Part shown: positions 44,801 through 55,669 of the stretch, one piece after another | How the letters are laid out: each line of letters starts with the position of its first letter | How positions within the stretch are numbered: position 1 is the first letter of the stretch | DNA from: Macrostomum lignano | Taxonomy: Eukaryota | Direction of reading: 5' to 3' | Assembly (NCBI GenBank): GCA_002269645.1 | Contig: NIVC01001790.1 | Span: 37,611-101,610, forward strand | Length of the DNA stretch: 64,000 bases | Notes under the pieces: model-generated | Databases searched by the model: none | What the model was told of the DNA's origin: nothing | Seen by the model: the letters and a program-made list of their open reading frames with translations, nothing else | Made by a program: the position numbers and the translations under genes

Positions 44801-47800
44801 GTGGTGGGTGCTGTGGGGTGGTGGGTGCTGTGGGGTGGTGGGTGCTGTGGAGTGGTGGGTGCTGTGAGGTGGTGGGTGCTGTGAGGTGGTGGGTGCTGTG
44901 AGGTGGTGGGTGCTGTGAGGTGGTGGGTGCTGTGAGGTGGTGGGTGCTGTGGGGTGGTGGGTGCTGTGGGTTGGTGGGTGCTGTGGAGTGGTGGGTGTTG
45001 TGGGGTGGTGGGTGCTGTGGGGCAGTGGATGCTGTGGGATTGTTGTTGCTTAGAGTTGTGGGTGCTGTGGGGTGTGGTGGGTGCTTCTGGATGGTGAGAT
45101 GATTTAGATTTCTTACTTACGCGCCACTTAATTATGACTTATTTTCGCATAAAATCTCATGCAGTCAATGTGCATAAGCAATATAAATTGCATCGAAATT
45201 TTCACTTCACTACTGAAATTTAATGACAAGTAGCACTATTAGAACATTCTAAAGAATCAAGCCTATTCTATCTACCCATCTCTCACACACAGGAACTATC
45301 TTAACTTTCTCACCGAAGAGATGAAGCGACCGTCGCGCAGTCTCCCATTGGCTATAGTGATCTCCTTATCGTTGATCACGGTGATCTATGTGACCGCCAA
45401 TCTGGCTTACTTGGCTGTGCTTACGCCCGATCAGCTGATAGCATCTCACGCCGTTGCCGTGACATTCGCCGAGCGAACAATGGGCCCGGCAGCCTTCATC
45501 ATGCCGCTATTCGTTGCCATAGCCATATTTGGCAGCATGAACGGTGAGGTGCTGAGCATGTCTAGGGCGGCTTTCACTGGCGCCTCCGAGGGCCACTTTC
45601 CCTCGGCTCTGGCAATGGTTAGCGCCACTAGATTGACGCCAGTGCCGTCCGTGCTTTTCATGGTAAGTCTAGCGGTGTGTCCCGCTGCTTAGTTTTTGCT
45701 GTTCTAACAGTTCAGCAAGTTGCGCTATTTCCGGCCATCTAGAGACCCTCAAGTATCTCATCTACAGACAGACCCTCAAGTATCTCATCTACAGACAGAC
45801 CCTCAAGTATCTCATCTACAGACAGACCCTCAAGTATCTCATCTACAGACAGACCCTCAAGTATCTCATCTACAGACAGACCCTAGAGTATCTCATCTAC
45901 AGACAGACCCTAGAGAATCTCATCTACAGACAGACCCTCAAGTATCTCATCTACAGACAGACCCTCAAGTATCTCATCTACAGTCAGACCCTCAAGTATC
46001 TCATCTACAGTCAGACCCTCAAGTATCTCATCTACAGACAGACCCTCAAGTATCTCATCTGCAGACAGACCCTAGAGTATCTCATCTACAGACAGACCCT
46101 CAAGTATCTCATCTACAGACAGACCCTAGAGAATCTCATCTACAGACAGACCCTAGAGGATCTCATCTACAGACAGACCCTCAAGTATCTCATCTACAGA
46201 CAGACCCTAGAGAATCTCATCTACAGACAGACCCTAGAGGATCTCATCTACAGACAGACCCTAGAGGATCTCATCTACAGACAGACCCTAGAGGATCTCA
46301 TCTACAGACAGACCCTAGACTATCTCATCAACAGACAGACCCTAGAGGATCTCATCTACAGACAGACCCTAGAGGATCTCATCTACAGACAGACCCTAGA
46401 CTATCTCATCAACAGACAGACCCTAGACTATCTCATCTACAGACAGACCCTAGAGGATCTCATCTACAGACAGACCCTAGAGGATCTCATCTACAGACAG
46501 ACCCTAGAGGATCTCATCTACAGACAGACCCTAGAGGATCTCATCTACAGACAGACCCTAGACTATCTCATCAACAGACAGACCCTAGACTATCTCATCT
46601 ACAGACAGACCCTAGAGGATCTCATCTACAGACAGACCCTAGACTATCTCATCTACAGACAGACCCAGAGGATCTCATCTACAGACAGACCCTAGAGGAT
46701 CTCATCTACAGACAGACCCTAGAGGATCTCATCTACAGACAGACCCTAGAGGATCTCATCTACAGACAGACCCAGAGGATCTCATCTACAGACAGACCCT
46801 AGAGGATCTCATCTACAGACAGACCCTAGAGGATCTCATCTACAGACAGACCCTAGACTATCTCATCAACAGACAGACCCTAGAGGATCTCATCTACAGA
46901 CAGACCCTAGAGGATCTCATCTACAGACAGACCCTAGACTATCTCATCTACAGACAGACCCTAGAGGATCTCATCTACAGACAGACCCTAGAGGATCTCA
47001 TCTACAGACAACCCTCAAGTATCTCATCTACAAATAGACCCTAGAGGATCTCATCAACAGACAGACCCTAGAGGATCTCATCTACAGACAGACCCTAGAG
47101 GATCTCATCTACAGACAGATCCTAGAGTATCGCATCTGCAGGCCCTTATATTTTTTTAAAGACTTCCATCTCAATATCCAATCTAGAGATCTCAATGCTT
47201 CAAATAGATCTACATGGGAGCTGACCTTGCTAATTGGATACAAAGAGTACATGTGCAGCTGTAACCCCACCCTCAGGGAATCTGCACAGTCGTATTTCAG
47301 CAGCTATTCACTAACCAGTTAGACTACCTCATCGAGCTCACCGGGTTTGCTTTCATGTCAATCGTACTGATGGCTATTGGCTGCCTGCTCTATTTGAGAT
47401 TCAAGCAGCCACAACTGGTGCGACCTTTGAAGGTGAGTGAGCATTCTTTGTAACTTTTTGTTCCAATGGCGATAGGTAGAAACAACTGCTGTTTACTATT
47501 GGCTGTGTAAATGTGAACACCTGTTAATTAGACTAGGTTATGTGTATGAGTAATGGGCAAAATTTTCTTTTTCTACATGTAAACATGCAGAAAGCCTTAT
47601 ACTTGACTCAATTCTAAACTGAAATCTTAACTTTTATCCAGCTTCCAATCGTTGTGCCAATCACATTGTTCGTCATCACTCTATTGATCTGTATTATCAC
47701 TTTTGTGAAATCGCCTAAAGAAAGCATACTGTCTGTGGTCATCATGTTAACTGGTTTGCCCTTTTATGTATTTGGTGTCATGTGGAAATCTAAGCCAACC

Positions 47801-47979
47801 AAATTGCAGCAGAAAGTCGGTGAGTTCTCGAAGCTGAAACAAAATGTATTTTCAATTGTTAATTATATTAAACGTACACGTACATATGTACTTTATGAAT
47901 TTCAGATGGCATTACTTACTTTGTGCAGAAGTTTTTGCTAGTTCTACCCCAGGAGAAACCATTTGACGAGCAGGAATGA
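38868..47979 (+). CDS. SLC7A: SLC7 L-type/heterodimeric amino-acid transporter light chain, 6 exons, ~501 aa; 1-nt frameshift in exon 1 as assembled
   Basis: Exons 38868-39371, 44386-44608, 45293-45662, 47277-47432, 47642-47819 and 47906-47979. Motifs [21 protein letters not shown](G)[10 protein letters not shown]|NYLN and FGSMNG. The frame is restored only if one G is added to the G4 run at 39174-39177. Confidence 0.9.
39372..39720. repeat. 34-bp repeat derived from the SLC7 exon 1/intron 1 junction
   Basis: CTTCCTGTCTGTTG|GTGAGTTGCTCCTGTCTGTC repeated, with further GTGAG copies at 39406 and 39440 and more downstream. Confidence 0.9.
39768..39950. repeat. 14-bp minisatellite in SLC7 intron 1
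   Basis: CCTGTCTCTCCTTA units. Confidence 0.95.
40330..40860. repeat. 38-bp minisatellite in SLC7 intron 1
   Basis: ATGGGATATCTTGTGTGGCCTCAGCTTCATCAGAACTC units. Confidence 0.95.
41500..43190. repeat. ~1.7 kb (CTCCT)n polypyrimidine/polypurine tract in SLC7 intron 1
   Basis: Pentanucleotide repeat with recurring TCTTTCGT and CTCTT interruptions. Confidence 0.95.
44217..44312. repeat. C-rich minisatellite upstream of SLC7 exon 2 (reverse complement of 44646-45085)
   Basis: CCCACAGCACCCACCAC variants. Confidence 0.75.
44646..45085. repeat. 17-bp G-rich minisatellite in SLC7 intron 2
   Basis: GGTGGTGGGTGCTGTG(A/G) units. Confidence 0.95.
45742..47140. repeat. 27-bp minisatellite in SLC7 intron 3
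   Basis: CAGACAGACCCT(CAAGTA/AGAGGA)TCTCATCTA units. Confidence 0.95.
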
Positions 47980-49815
47980 ATTTTAATGATTTTTAGCAGC
48001 TTGTTTGAAATATGATTGGCTTAATTTGTTTAAAACGGCTTAACCTCTATACCGTTTAACATCTAATTAACTGGTATAGCTAAATAATTTTTCTGCTTAC
48101 GACTGAAACTTTACAAAATGACTAACCGCACAGACTATGTACTTGCATGATATTTTGGTGGCGGTGGCTTAAATTTATTCCCTATTGTTATGCTAATAGC
48201 TATAATTCTTTTAATTCTTGCTAAAAACTTTGATTCCCTTTAGCTACACTGCATACGTAGCTAGCAAAGTAATATCAAATTTATAAGGCCGGTAAAAAAT
48301 GATGAAATTTTTTTATTTCGTCTATATTTAGTGATAGCAATTAGTTTATAATAAAAAAGTTCTAATTTTTTAGAAAATTCTAATAAAAATAATGAATTCT
48401 ATAAGTTAGCATAAATCTATAAACAAAAAATAATCACAGAAAAACAAAAAATTACGCTATGATAAGTCATAGCTTTATGTATCTGCAATACACGTGTTTT
48501 ATCGTCATTTATTATTTTCTTTTAAAACAAATGACCACTTAGATAAATAAGTTCTAACTGAACAAGCATAATTATCTAAATGTAGCTACAGGTACGTCTA
48601 ATTATCAATCAACTATACAATGATTTTATGAATTGTCTTTTCTCTTTTAATCTTATCTTTTAATTCCTCATGCATCGCTAATCCTTGAATTAAGCAACGC
48701 AATCTTTTAATAAACAAAAGTAGGTAATTGATCAGTTTTTAATTTTAATTGTAATTATACTTACTCTCTATTGTATTTTTATGATTGTTTTTTATTTTAG
48801 CCGGCACATTCAACATATTTCGTTAATCACTACTAATATTTAATTTATGAAAAATGCAGTTTATTTGCGAGCACTGAGCACATATAATTAATATTAGATT
48901 TAATATGTTTAAACCAGTCCAGTACCACGATACACTAATGTAGAGCTAGGAGTAGTAGAACTTAGAAGTCGTTGATTTTTTGTTATACTTTTTTAAATGG
49001 AATCGCTTATAACTTGCTTTTTACTCTTTGACGTAACGTAAGGTACAGGATTCGATCTATGTGTGCACTAGCTGAAATTTACTATGTGCCACTCAGCAGA
49101 TCCAGAAGCGATTGAAAGAGTGTGCAGCCTGTCAGGAGCCAACAAGAACTTTGCCCCAGCAGGTTCTATAAAAGCTTGTCGAAGGGTCAGGTAATTCGAC
49201 GTGAAATTCTATATAAGGACTGAATAAAGAACTTTTGCCCCGAAAGTAGTGAAGTTTGTATGTATTGCAGCTAAAGGAGGAAAGATAACACTACCTTGAC
49301 TGGCCATGCCAGATTCCACCGGTTCCCAATCAACATTAGGCAGCAAACCTCATTAGTTTACAGGCAAAGTACAGAAGAAATAGCAGCATGCAAAAGTAAC
49401 GAGTGTATGCACACACAAATCTATCACCTACAGTGTAATCAGTGTTTGTTTACAATGTTGAATATTTTTTGTTTTCCTGATTAACAAATGCGCAGAAAAA
49501 TGATGCGATAGCTTTACATATATGTACACCAAAACGGTATATCTATACAGTATGTACACAGCTGTACTACGAAGGGGTACATTGTCACAATAATGTACAT
49601 TTAAACTTCATGGAGGCAGTTAACTTCATTGACACCAAGTTGGCTGTAACAATAGGCTTTTGGGTAACGATTGGGTCTCGTATTAGGGGAAACAGTTGGG
49701 TGCCGTTGAAGCAGTTTGATGTCAGGGGAAGCAGGTATCAGTGGAAGCAGTCGGTGTCAGTGGAAGCAGTCGGTGTCAGTGGAAGCAGTCGGGTGTCTGT
49801 GGAAGCAGTTGGGAG

Positions 49816-49998
49816 GGGTGGGTTTCACAAACGCGAAATTTCATAACCGCTAAAAATTTTGCACTTACTTTCATATACTGCAGTCTTTTTAGCGGTTGTG
49901 AAGTTTCGCGGTTGTGAAGTTTCGCGGCTATGAAGTTTCGGGGTTGTAAAAGTAGGTGATTTAGCGGTTGTGAAATTTCGCGTTTGTGAAAGCAACCC
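49816..49998. mobile_element. Small MITE with long TIRs (183 bp; 8-bp TSD, Merlin- or hAT-like)
   Basis: TIR GGGTGGGTTTCACAAACGCGAAATTTCATAACCGCTAAA versus reverse complement GGGTTGCTTTCACAAACGCGAAATTTCACAACCGCTAAA. Flanks GTTGGGAG and GTTGGGAT (7/8 match). Confidence 0.75.
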
Positions 49999-50203
49999 GT
50001 TGGGATTCAGGGGAAGCAGTCGGGCGTCAGTGGAAGCAGTTGGAGGTCAGTGGAAGCAGTTGGGGGTCAGGATGCTTCTCCTGACTGCTTCGTCAGGAGA
50101 GGTCAAGAACAGTGTTCTGAAGCAGTGAGCTTGCATTGCACACAGTTTTAAGTCGCAGATTGCGGCCTCTGCGTGCTGCGTGGGCCCAATCGCTGCACTG
50201 ACT

Positions 50204-51536
50204 TTAAATCACAGCAGCTTCAGGCGGCTTGCTAAAAATCAATTTTCGTTCCACGCTGGTTTTTGGTGACTTGATGGGCAGTGAAACGCTGTGGTTGCGG
50301 GCCTCCTCCGCCACGGATGCCAGGTCCAAGCTGCGGTGTCGGCTGCCGCCGCTGACCTGAAGTGTCAGGAGGTGCAATAGTGTGTTAGAAGGTGCAGTAG
50401 GGTGTCAGGAGGTGCTATAGTGTGTTAGAAGGTGCAGTAGGGTGTCAGGAGCTGCAGTAGGATGTCAGGAGCTGCAGTAGGGTGTCAGGAGCTGCAGTAG
50501 GGTGTCAGGAGCTGCAGTAGGGTGTCAGGAGCTGCAGTAGGGTGTCAGGAGCTGCAGTAGGGTGTCAGGAGCTGCAGTAGGGTGTCAGGAGCTGCAGTAG
50601 GATGTCAGGAGCTGCAGTAGGGTGTCAGGAGCTGCAGTAGGGTGTCAGGAGCTGCAGTAGGGTGTCAGGAGGTGCAGTAGGGTGTAAGGAGCTGAAGTAG
50701 GGTGTCAGGAGCTGCAGTAGGGTGTCAGGAGCTGCAGTAGGGTGTCAGGAGCTGCAGACCTGCAGTAGGGTGTCAGGAGCTGCAGTAGGGTGTCAGGAGC
50801 TGCAGTAGGGTGTCAGGAGCTGCAGTAGGGTGTTAGGAGCTGAAGTAGGGTGTCAGGAGCTGCAGTAGGGTGTCAGGAGCTGCAGTAGGGTGTCAGGAGG
50901 TGCAGTAGGGTGTAAGGAGCTGCAGTAGGGTGTCAGGAGCTGCAGTAGGGTGTCAGGAGCTGCAGTAGGGTGTCAGGAGCTGCAGTAGGGTGTCAGGAGC
51001 TGCAGTAGGGTGTCAGGAGCTGCAGACCTGCAGTAGGGTGTCAGGAGGTGCAGTAGGGTGTCAGGAGCTGCAGTAGGGTGTCAGGAGCTGCAGTAGGGTG
51101 TCAGGAGCTGAAGTAGGGTGTCAGGAGCTGCAGTAGGGTGTCAGGAGCTGCAGTAGGGTGTCAGGAGGTGCAGTAGGGTGTAAGGAGCTGAAGTAAGGTG
51201 TCAGGAGCTGAAGTAAGGTGTCAGGAGGTGCAGTAGGGTGTCAGGAGGTGCAGTAGGGTGTCAGGAGGTGCAGTAGGGTGTCAGGAGGTGCAGTAGGGTG
51301 TCTATTAGCTAGTATAATGTCTCACATGCTGCTGCATCAAGGACCTGTGAGCCGGCTTCAATCCAAGCATCGAGTCCTGACTGGGTAAGTTCAGATTCGA
51401 TAGGCACAAGCGACCGGTGCAGCCGCCAGGTAACCCACCGTGTAGTTGCTGCAGCAGCAGCCAGTTCTCAGTTCGGTCTGTTCGAGTTACAACTCCATTA
51501 CTGCTGGCAGTGACAGGCAGTTGAGGTGCAACTTGT

Positions 51537-51578
<42 letters not shown>

Positions 51579-51925
51579 GGCGGCGGCGGGTGAGGCGCCT
51601 GCGGCAGGCTTAAGAAGTTCGGCAAAGCTGTCGAGTTCAAACGAGATCGAGCGATAGCAGCGTCAAGAAGACGCTCTGACCTTCGTCGACATCTGGCTCT
51701 GTAGACCAGGTACAGCATTGTGGCGAATAGGACCGCCAGCAGGGCCAGTCCAGTCTGCAGTCCATGGCTAGGATTATAGTCCATGAATTGCTTATTAGCC
51801 GGCGATGGATTGGAAGTTGAGTACTGGAAACGAATGGTGCTGCTCTCAAACGTTTGCTGCTGTTGACTCGGGGCAGCGATGACCGCGGATTCGGGACTTG
51901 GCCTGCGAGTGGAGAAGGTTCGCAT
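50204..51925 (-). CDS. Orphan single-pass membrane protein with polyQ cytoplasmic tail, 2 coding exons (51925-51326, 50356-50204), ~250 aa
   Basis: Hydrophobic segment GLALLAVLFATMLYLVY followed by RARCRRR (positive-inside), and P4Q-rich tract. Donor CAT|GTGAGA and acceptor TTCAG|GTC are both phase 0. The second exon is open to ...PPEAAVI-TAA. Start codon and any upstream exons are uncertain. Confidence 0.55.
50362..51300. repeat. 20-bp minisatellite filling the intron of the orphan membrane-protein gene
   Basis: GGAGCTGCAGTAGGGTGTCA, ~47 copies. Confidence 0.95.
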
Positions 51926-52009
51926 GGACTGCCGACTCAAATGGCTCAACCATTGCGTCTAACGGATTTGTCAGATTTTATGACTAACTGTCATTTTTGC
52001 ACGATGTTT

Positions 52010-53560
52010 TACTCTCCTTCTCTCACCCGTCTCCCTCTCTCCCCATCTCCCTCTCACCCCTCTCCCTCTCTCTCCCTCTCTCTTACTCACTCTCCTTTTC
52101 CTCTCTCACGATCCTCTCCCTCGTTTCCCCTCTCCCTCTCTCACAATCCTCTCCCTCGTTTCCCCTCTCCCTCTCTCACAATCCTCTCCCTCATTTCCTC
52201 TCTCCCTCTCTCACAATCCTCTCCCTCATTTCCTCTCTCCCTCTCTCACGATCCTCTCCCTCGTTTCCCCTCTCCCTCTCTCACGATCCTCTCCCTCGTT
52301 TCCCCTCTCCCTCTCTCACGATCCTCTCCCTCGTTTCCCCTCTCCCTCTCTCACGATCCTCTCCCTCATTTCCCCTCTCCCTCGCTCACGATCCTCTCCC
52401 TCGTTTCCCCTCTCCCTCTCACCCCTCTCCCTCTCTCACGATCCTCTCCCTCATTTCCCCTCTCCCTCTCTCACGATCCTCTCCCTCATTTCCCCTCTCC
52501 CTCTCTCACGATCCTCTCCCTCATTTCCCCTCTCCCTCTCTCACGATCCTCTCCCTCGTTTCCCCTCTCCCTCTCTCACGATCCTCTCCCTCGTTTCCCC
52601 TCTCCCTCTCTCACGATCCTCTCCCTCATTTCCCCTCTCCCTCGCTCACGATCCTCTCCCTCGTTTCCCCTCTCCCTCTCACCCCTCTCCCTCTCTCACG
52701 ATCCTCTCCCTCATTTCCCCTCTCCCTCTCTCACGATCCTCTCCCTCATTTCCCCTCTCCCTCTCTCACGATCCTCTCCCTCATTTCCCCTCTCCCTCTC
52801 TCACGATCCTCTCCCTCATTTCCCCTCTCCCTCTCTCACGATCCTCTCCCTCATTTCCCCTCTCCCTCTCTCACGATCCTCTCCCTCATTTCCCCTCTCC
52901 CTCTCTCACGATCCTCTCCCTCATTTCCCCTCTCCCTCGCTCACGATCCTCTCCCTCGTTTCCCCTCTCCCTCTCACCCCTCTCCCTCTCTCACGATCCT
53001 CTCCCTCATTTCCCCTCTCCCTCTCTCACGATCCTCTCCCTCATTTCCCCTCTCCCTCTCTCACGATCCTCTCCCTCATTTCCCCTCTCCCTCTCTCACG
53101 ATCCTCTCCCTCGTTTCCCCTCTCCCTCTCTCACGATCCTCTCCCTCGTTTCCCCTCTCCCTCTCTCACGATCCTCTCCCTCATTTCCCCTCTCCCTCGC
53201 TCACGATCCTCTCCCTCGTTTCCCCTCTCCCTCTCACCCCTCTCCCTCTCTCACGATCCTCTCCCTCATTTCCCCTCTCCCTCTCTCACGATCCTCTCCC
53301 TCATTTCCCCTCTCCCTCTCTCACGATCCTCTCCCTCATTTCCCCTCTCCCTCTCTCACGATCCTCTCCCTCATTTCCCCTCTCCCTCTCTCACGATCCT
53401 CTCCCTCATTTCCCCTCTCCCTCTCTCACGATCCTCTCCCTCATTTCCCCTCTCCCTCTCTCACGATCCTCTCCCTCATTTCCCCTCTCCCTCTCTCACT
53501 CCTCCCCCTCTCTCCTTCTCTCACCCCTCTCCTCTCTCACCCCTCTCCCCATCTCAACAG
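52010..53560. repeat. 35-bp polypyrimidine minisatellite with higher-order periodicity
   Basis: CTCTCTCACGATCCTCTCCCTCATTTCCCCTCTCC units, with a shortened unit recurring about every 240-300 bp. Confidence 0.95.
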
Positions 53561-54376
53561 CAACTCAACTACCCTACCTTTTGTTTGATCGATCCTCGAA
53601 AAGATTTGCAGCTGTCCGCATTTTGCTTAATTGTTGCCTTGATTTTTTAACAACTTTGGCCGCCTGTCAGTCTAATTTAGACGTTCGGCTGCTCATGCGT
53701 CTGATGATTAGGATCTTTTTGGTAGCGAGCATTCCAAAGGGATTAGCAGGCTTTAGCTGAGGTTGCCTAGTTCATTTTTTTAATTTCCTGAAGAATGCCA
53801 CGCAGTGCGCAAGCGGAGTCTCTGTGGCAGCACCCCATTTTTAATGCGCGACGCGGAAAGGGGGGGCAGCAGACTTGAACGGCCACTGCCCTTCTTTGTG
53901 CGCCGTACGTCTTCAGCACTTCCTTGTCTAAAAAACTTCATCCCAAATCTCGTTCAATGTGTGCGTGTGCGTGTGTGTGTGTGTGTCCATTGACCCTCGT
54001 CTATTGGCTTCTGCTATTAAGCCATTAGTTAGCTCGTAGTGCTTTAAAGCTAGAAAAATAAGCCAATTGAAATGTCTCAATTTTACAGCACACACACAAG
54101 TTAAAGGCTATAGGTTCTTCAGAGTAACAATTGAATGATCAAGGGGGAACATGTCAGAAATGTCAGAGAAATGAAACTGTGTCATAAAACTTCAGGAAAC
54201 GCACTTGGTTGTCAGGATAGGCTAATTTTGTTGTCAGGAACAGCAGATTATTAAGTGTAAGAGCTCTTGAGTATTAAGGGAAGCAGTTGGGTGTCAGGGG
54301 AAGCGGTTTGGGTGTCAGGGGAAGCAGTTTGGGTGTCAGGGGAAGCGGTTTGGGTGTCAGGGAAAGCAGTTTGATG

Positions 54377-54784
54377 CAGTGGCGTAGCCAGGAATTTCAA
54401 TTGGGGGGGGGGGCGAGTTGGCCTGGCTGGCCATGCCTTATGCCATTGCCACTATTGGCGCCGCAGGCACTCATTTTGGCGCCGCAGGCACTCATTTTGG
54501 CGCCGCAGGTTCTCATTTTAGCGCCGCAGGCACTCTTTTTGGCGCCGCAGGCACTCAATTTAGCGCCGCAGGCACTCATTTTGGCGCCGCAGGCACTCAT
54601 TTTGGCGCCACAGGCACTCGATTTAGCGTCGCAGGCACTCATTTTGGCGCCACAGGCACTCGATTTAGCGTCGCAGGCACTCAATTGCCTCATGGTTTTT
54701 GGTACCCGCCGCGCCCAACCCCACCCCCCAGGAGATTGGAGGGGGGGCGCGGCCCCCCCCCGCCCCCCCCTGGCTACGCCACTG
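54377..54784. mobile_element. hAT-type MITE carrying the same 21-bp minisatellite as 25362-26011 (opposite orientation)
   Basis: Perfect 15-bp TIR CAGTGGCGTAGCCAG/CTGGCTACGCCACTG. Exact 8-bp TSD GTTTGATG (54369-54376 and 54785-54792). About 11 copies of GGCGCCGCAGGCACTCATTTT. Confidence 0.92.
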
Positions 54785-54965
54785 GTTTGATGTCAGAGAA
54801 GCAGTTGGGTGTCAGAAGAAGCAGTTTGGTGTCAGGGGAAGAATTTGTGCCATGTTAACGAGAATTCCCCTGAGACTGCAGGACACAAATCGATTGTGAG
54901 GAAAGTGTTTGCTTTGAATGATATCCATGTTCCGTATGATTTTTTGAGTGTCCGTAGTTCATGAA

Positions 54966-55260
54966 AGAGAGAGAGAGAGAGAGGGAGAGAGAGAGAGGAG
55001 GGCACCTCCAATCTCAGGCACTGACACGGTAACGGTAGAAAGGATGGAAGAGAGTCAGTTTAATTGAATTGCCGATATTTCGAAATTATTATATTTCTTC
55101 GTCAGGGCAACTGAAAAGTAGTGACAAGTGGCGTTGTAAAAGTTATTAAATAGGCGGGGTTAGAGGGGAGAGAGAGTAGACAGGTGGATAGAGAGCGTAC
55201 GGTAAGTATGTACACTTGGTGTGAGTCGATAAAACACTATTAGACTTAAAAATGCAAAAT
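54966..55260 (-). mobile_element. Solo, diverged copy of the PLE terminal repeat
   Basis: Collinear with 8087-8380: AG tract, CCTCCAATCTCAGGCAC, hammerhead, GTAAAAGTTATTAAATAGGCGGG, GTACACTTGGTGTGAGTCGATAAAACACTATTAG. Confidence 0.9.
55069..55110 (-). ncRNA. Type I hammerhead ribozyme in the solo pLTR
   Basis: UUGCC-CUGACGA-A-GAAAU(auaaua)AUUUC-GAAA-UAUC-GGCAA. Core and stem I are unchanged, and stem II has compensatory substitutions. Confidence 0.85.
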
Positions 55261-55669
55261 ATTTCGTATTTTTTTTAAAAGTAGCTGCATCTACGACTCA
55301 TTCGGATGTACACAGCATCAAATTGCACTCATTTTAGTCTTGACGAAGAATATAAATAGAAAAATTAAAACTTTCTCAAAGTCAACGTTAATGGGTTGAC
55401 TCTTATTGAAGATCTACTGCTAAGCTTTTTTGGTTTTGAAAGATTCTTTTTTTGCCGAGACGTGGACGCTAATGGTCACGTTAGAGGTGTTGGGACCGCG
55501 AGCCCCTGTACCAGAGGGCCCAGCTGCAGGCCTGTCCAGATCCGAACCCGTCGATACGTGGACTGTCTGCTGTGCGACACAGAGGCGCTCGACACCGCGT
55601 TGGCAGGGTGGACTTGTCCTCCACCTCACTGCAAGACTATTTTTGTTCCTGTTCCTGCTGTTAGTCTTT

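Noticed and set aside
49085-49200. Weak resemblance to a hAT dimerisation motif (…EAIERVCSLSG…)
   Set aside because: Too short and degenerate, with no supporting ORF or termini.
53575-53760. Possible upstream coding exon for the orphan membrane protein
   Set aside because: The frame matching the 51959 acceptor has a TAA and no ATG, and the ATG-bearing frame hits TGA right after splicing. At most a 5' UTR exon.
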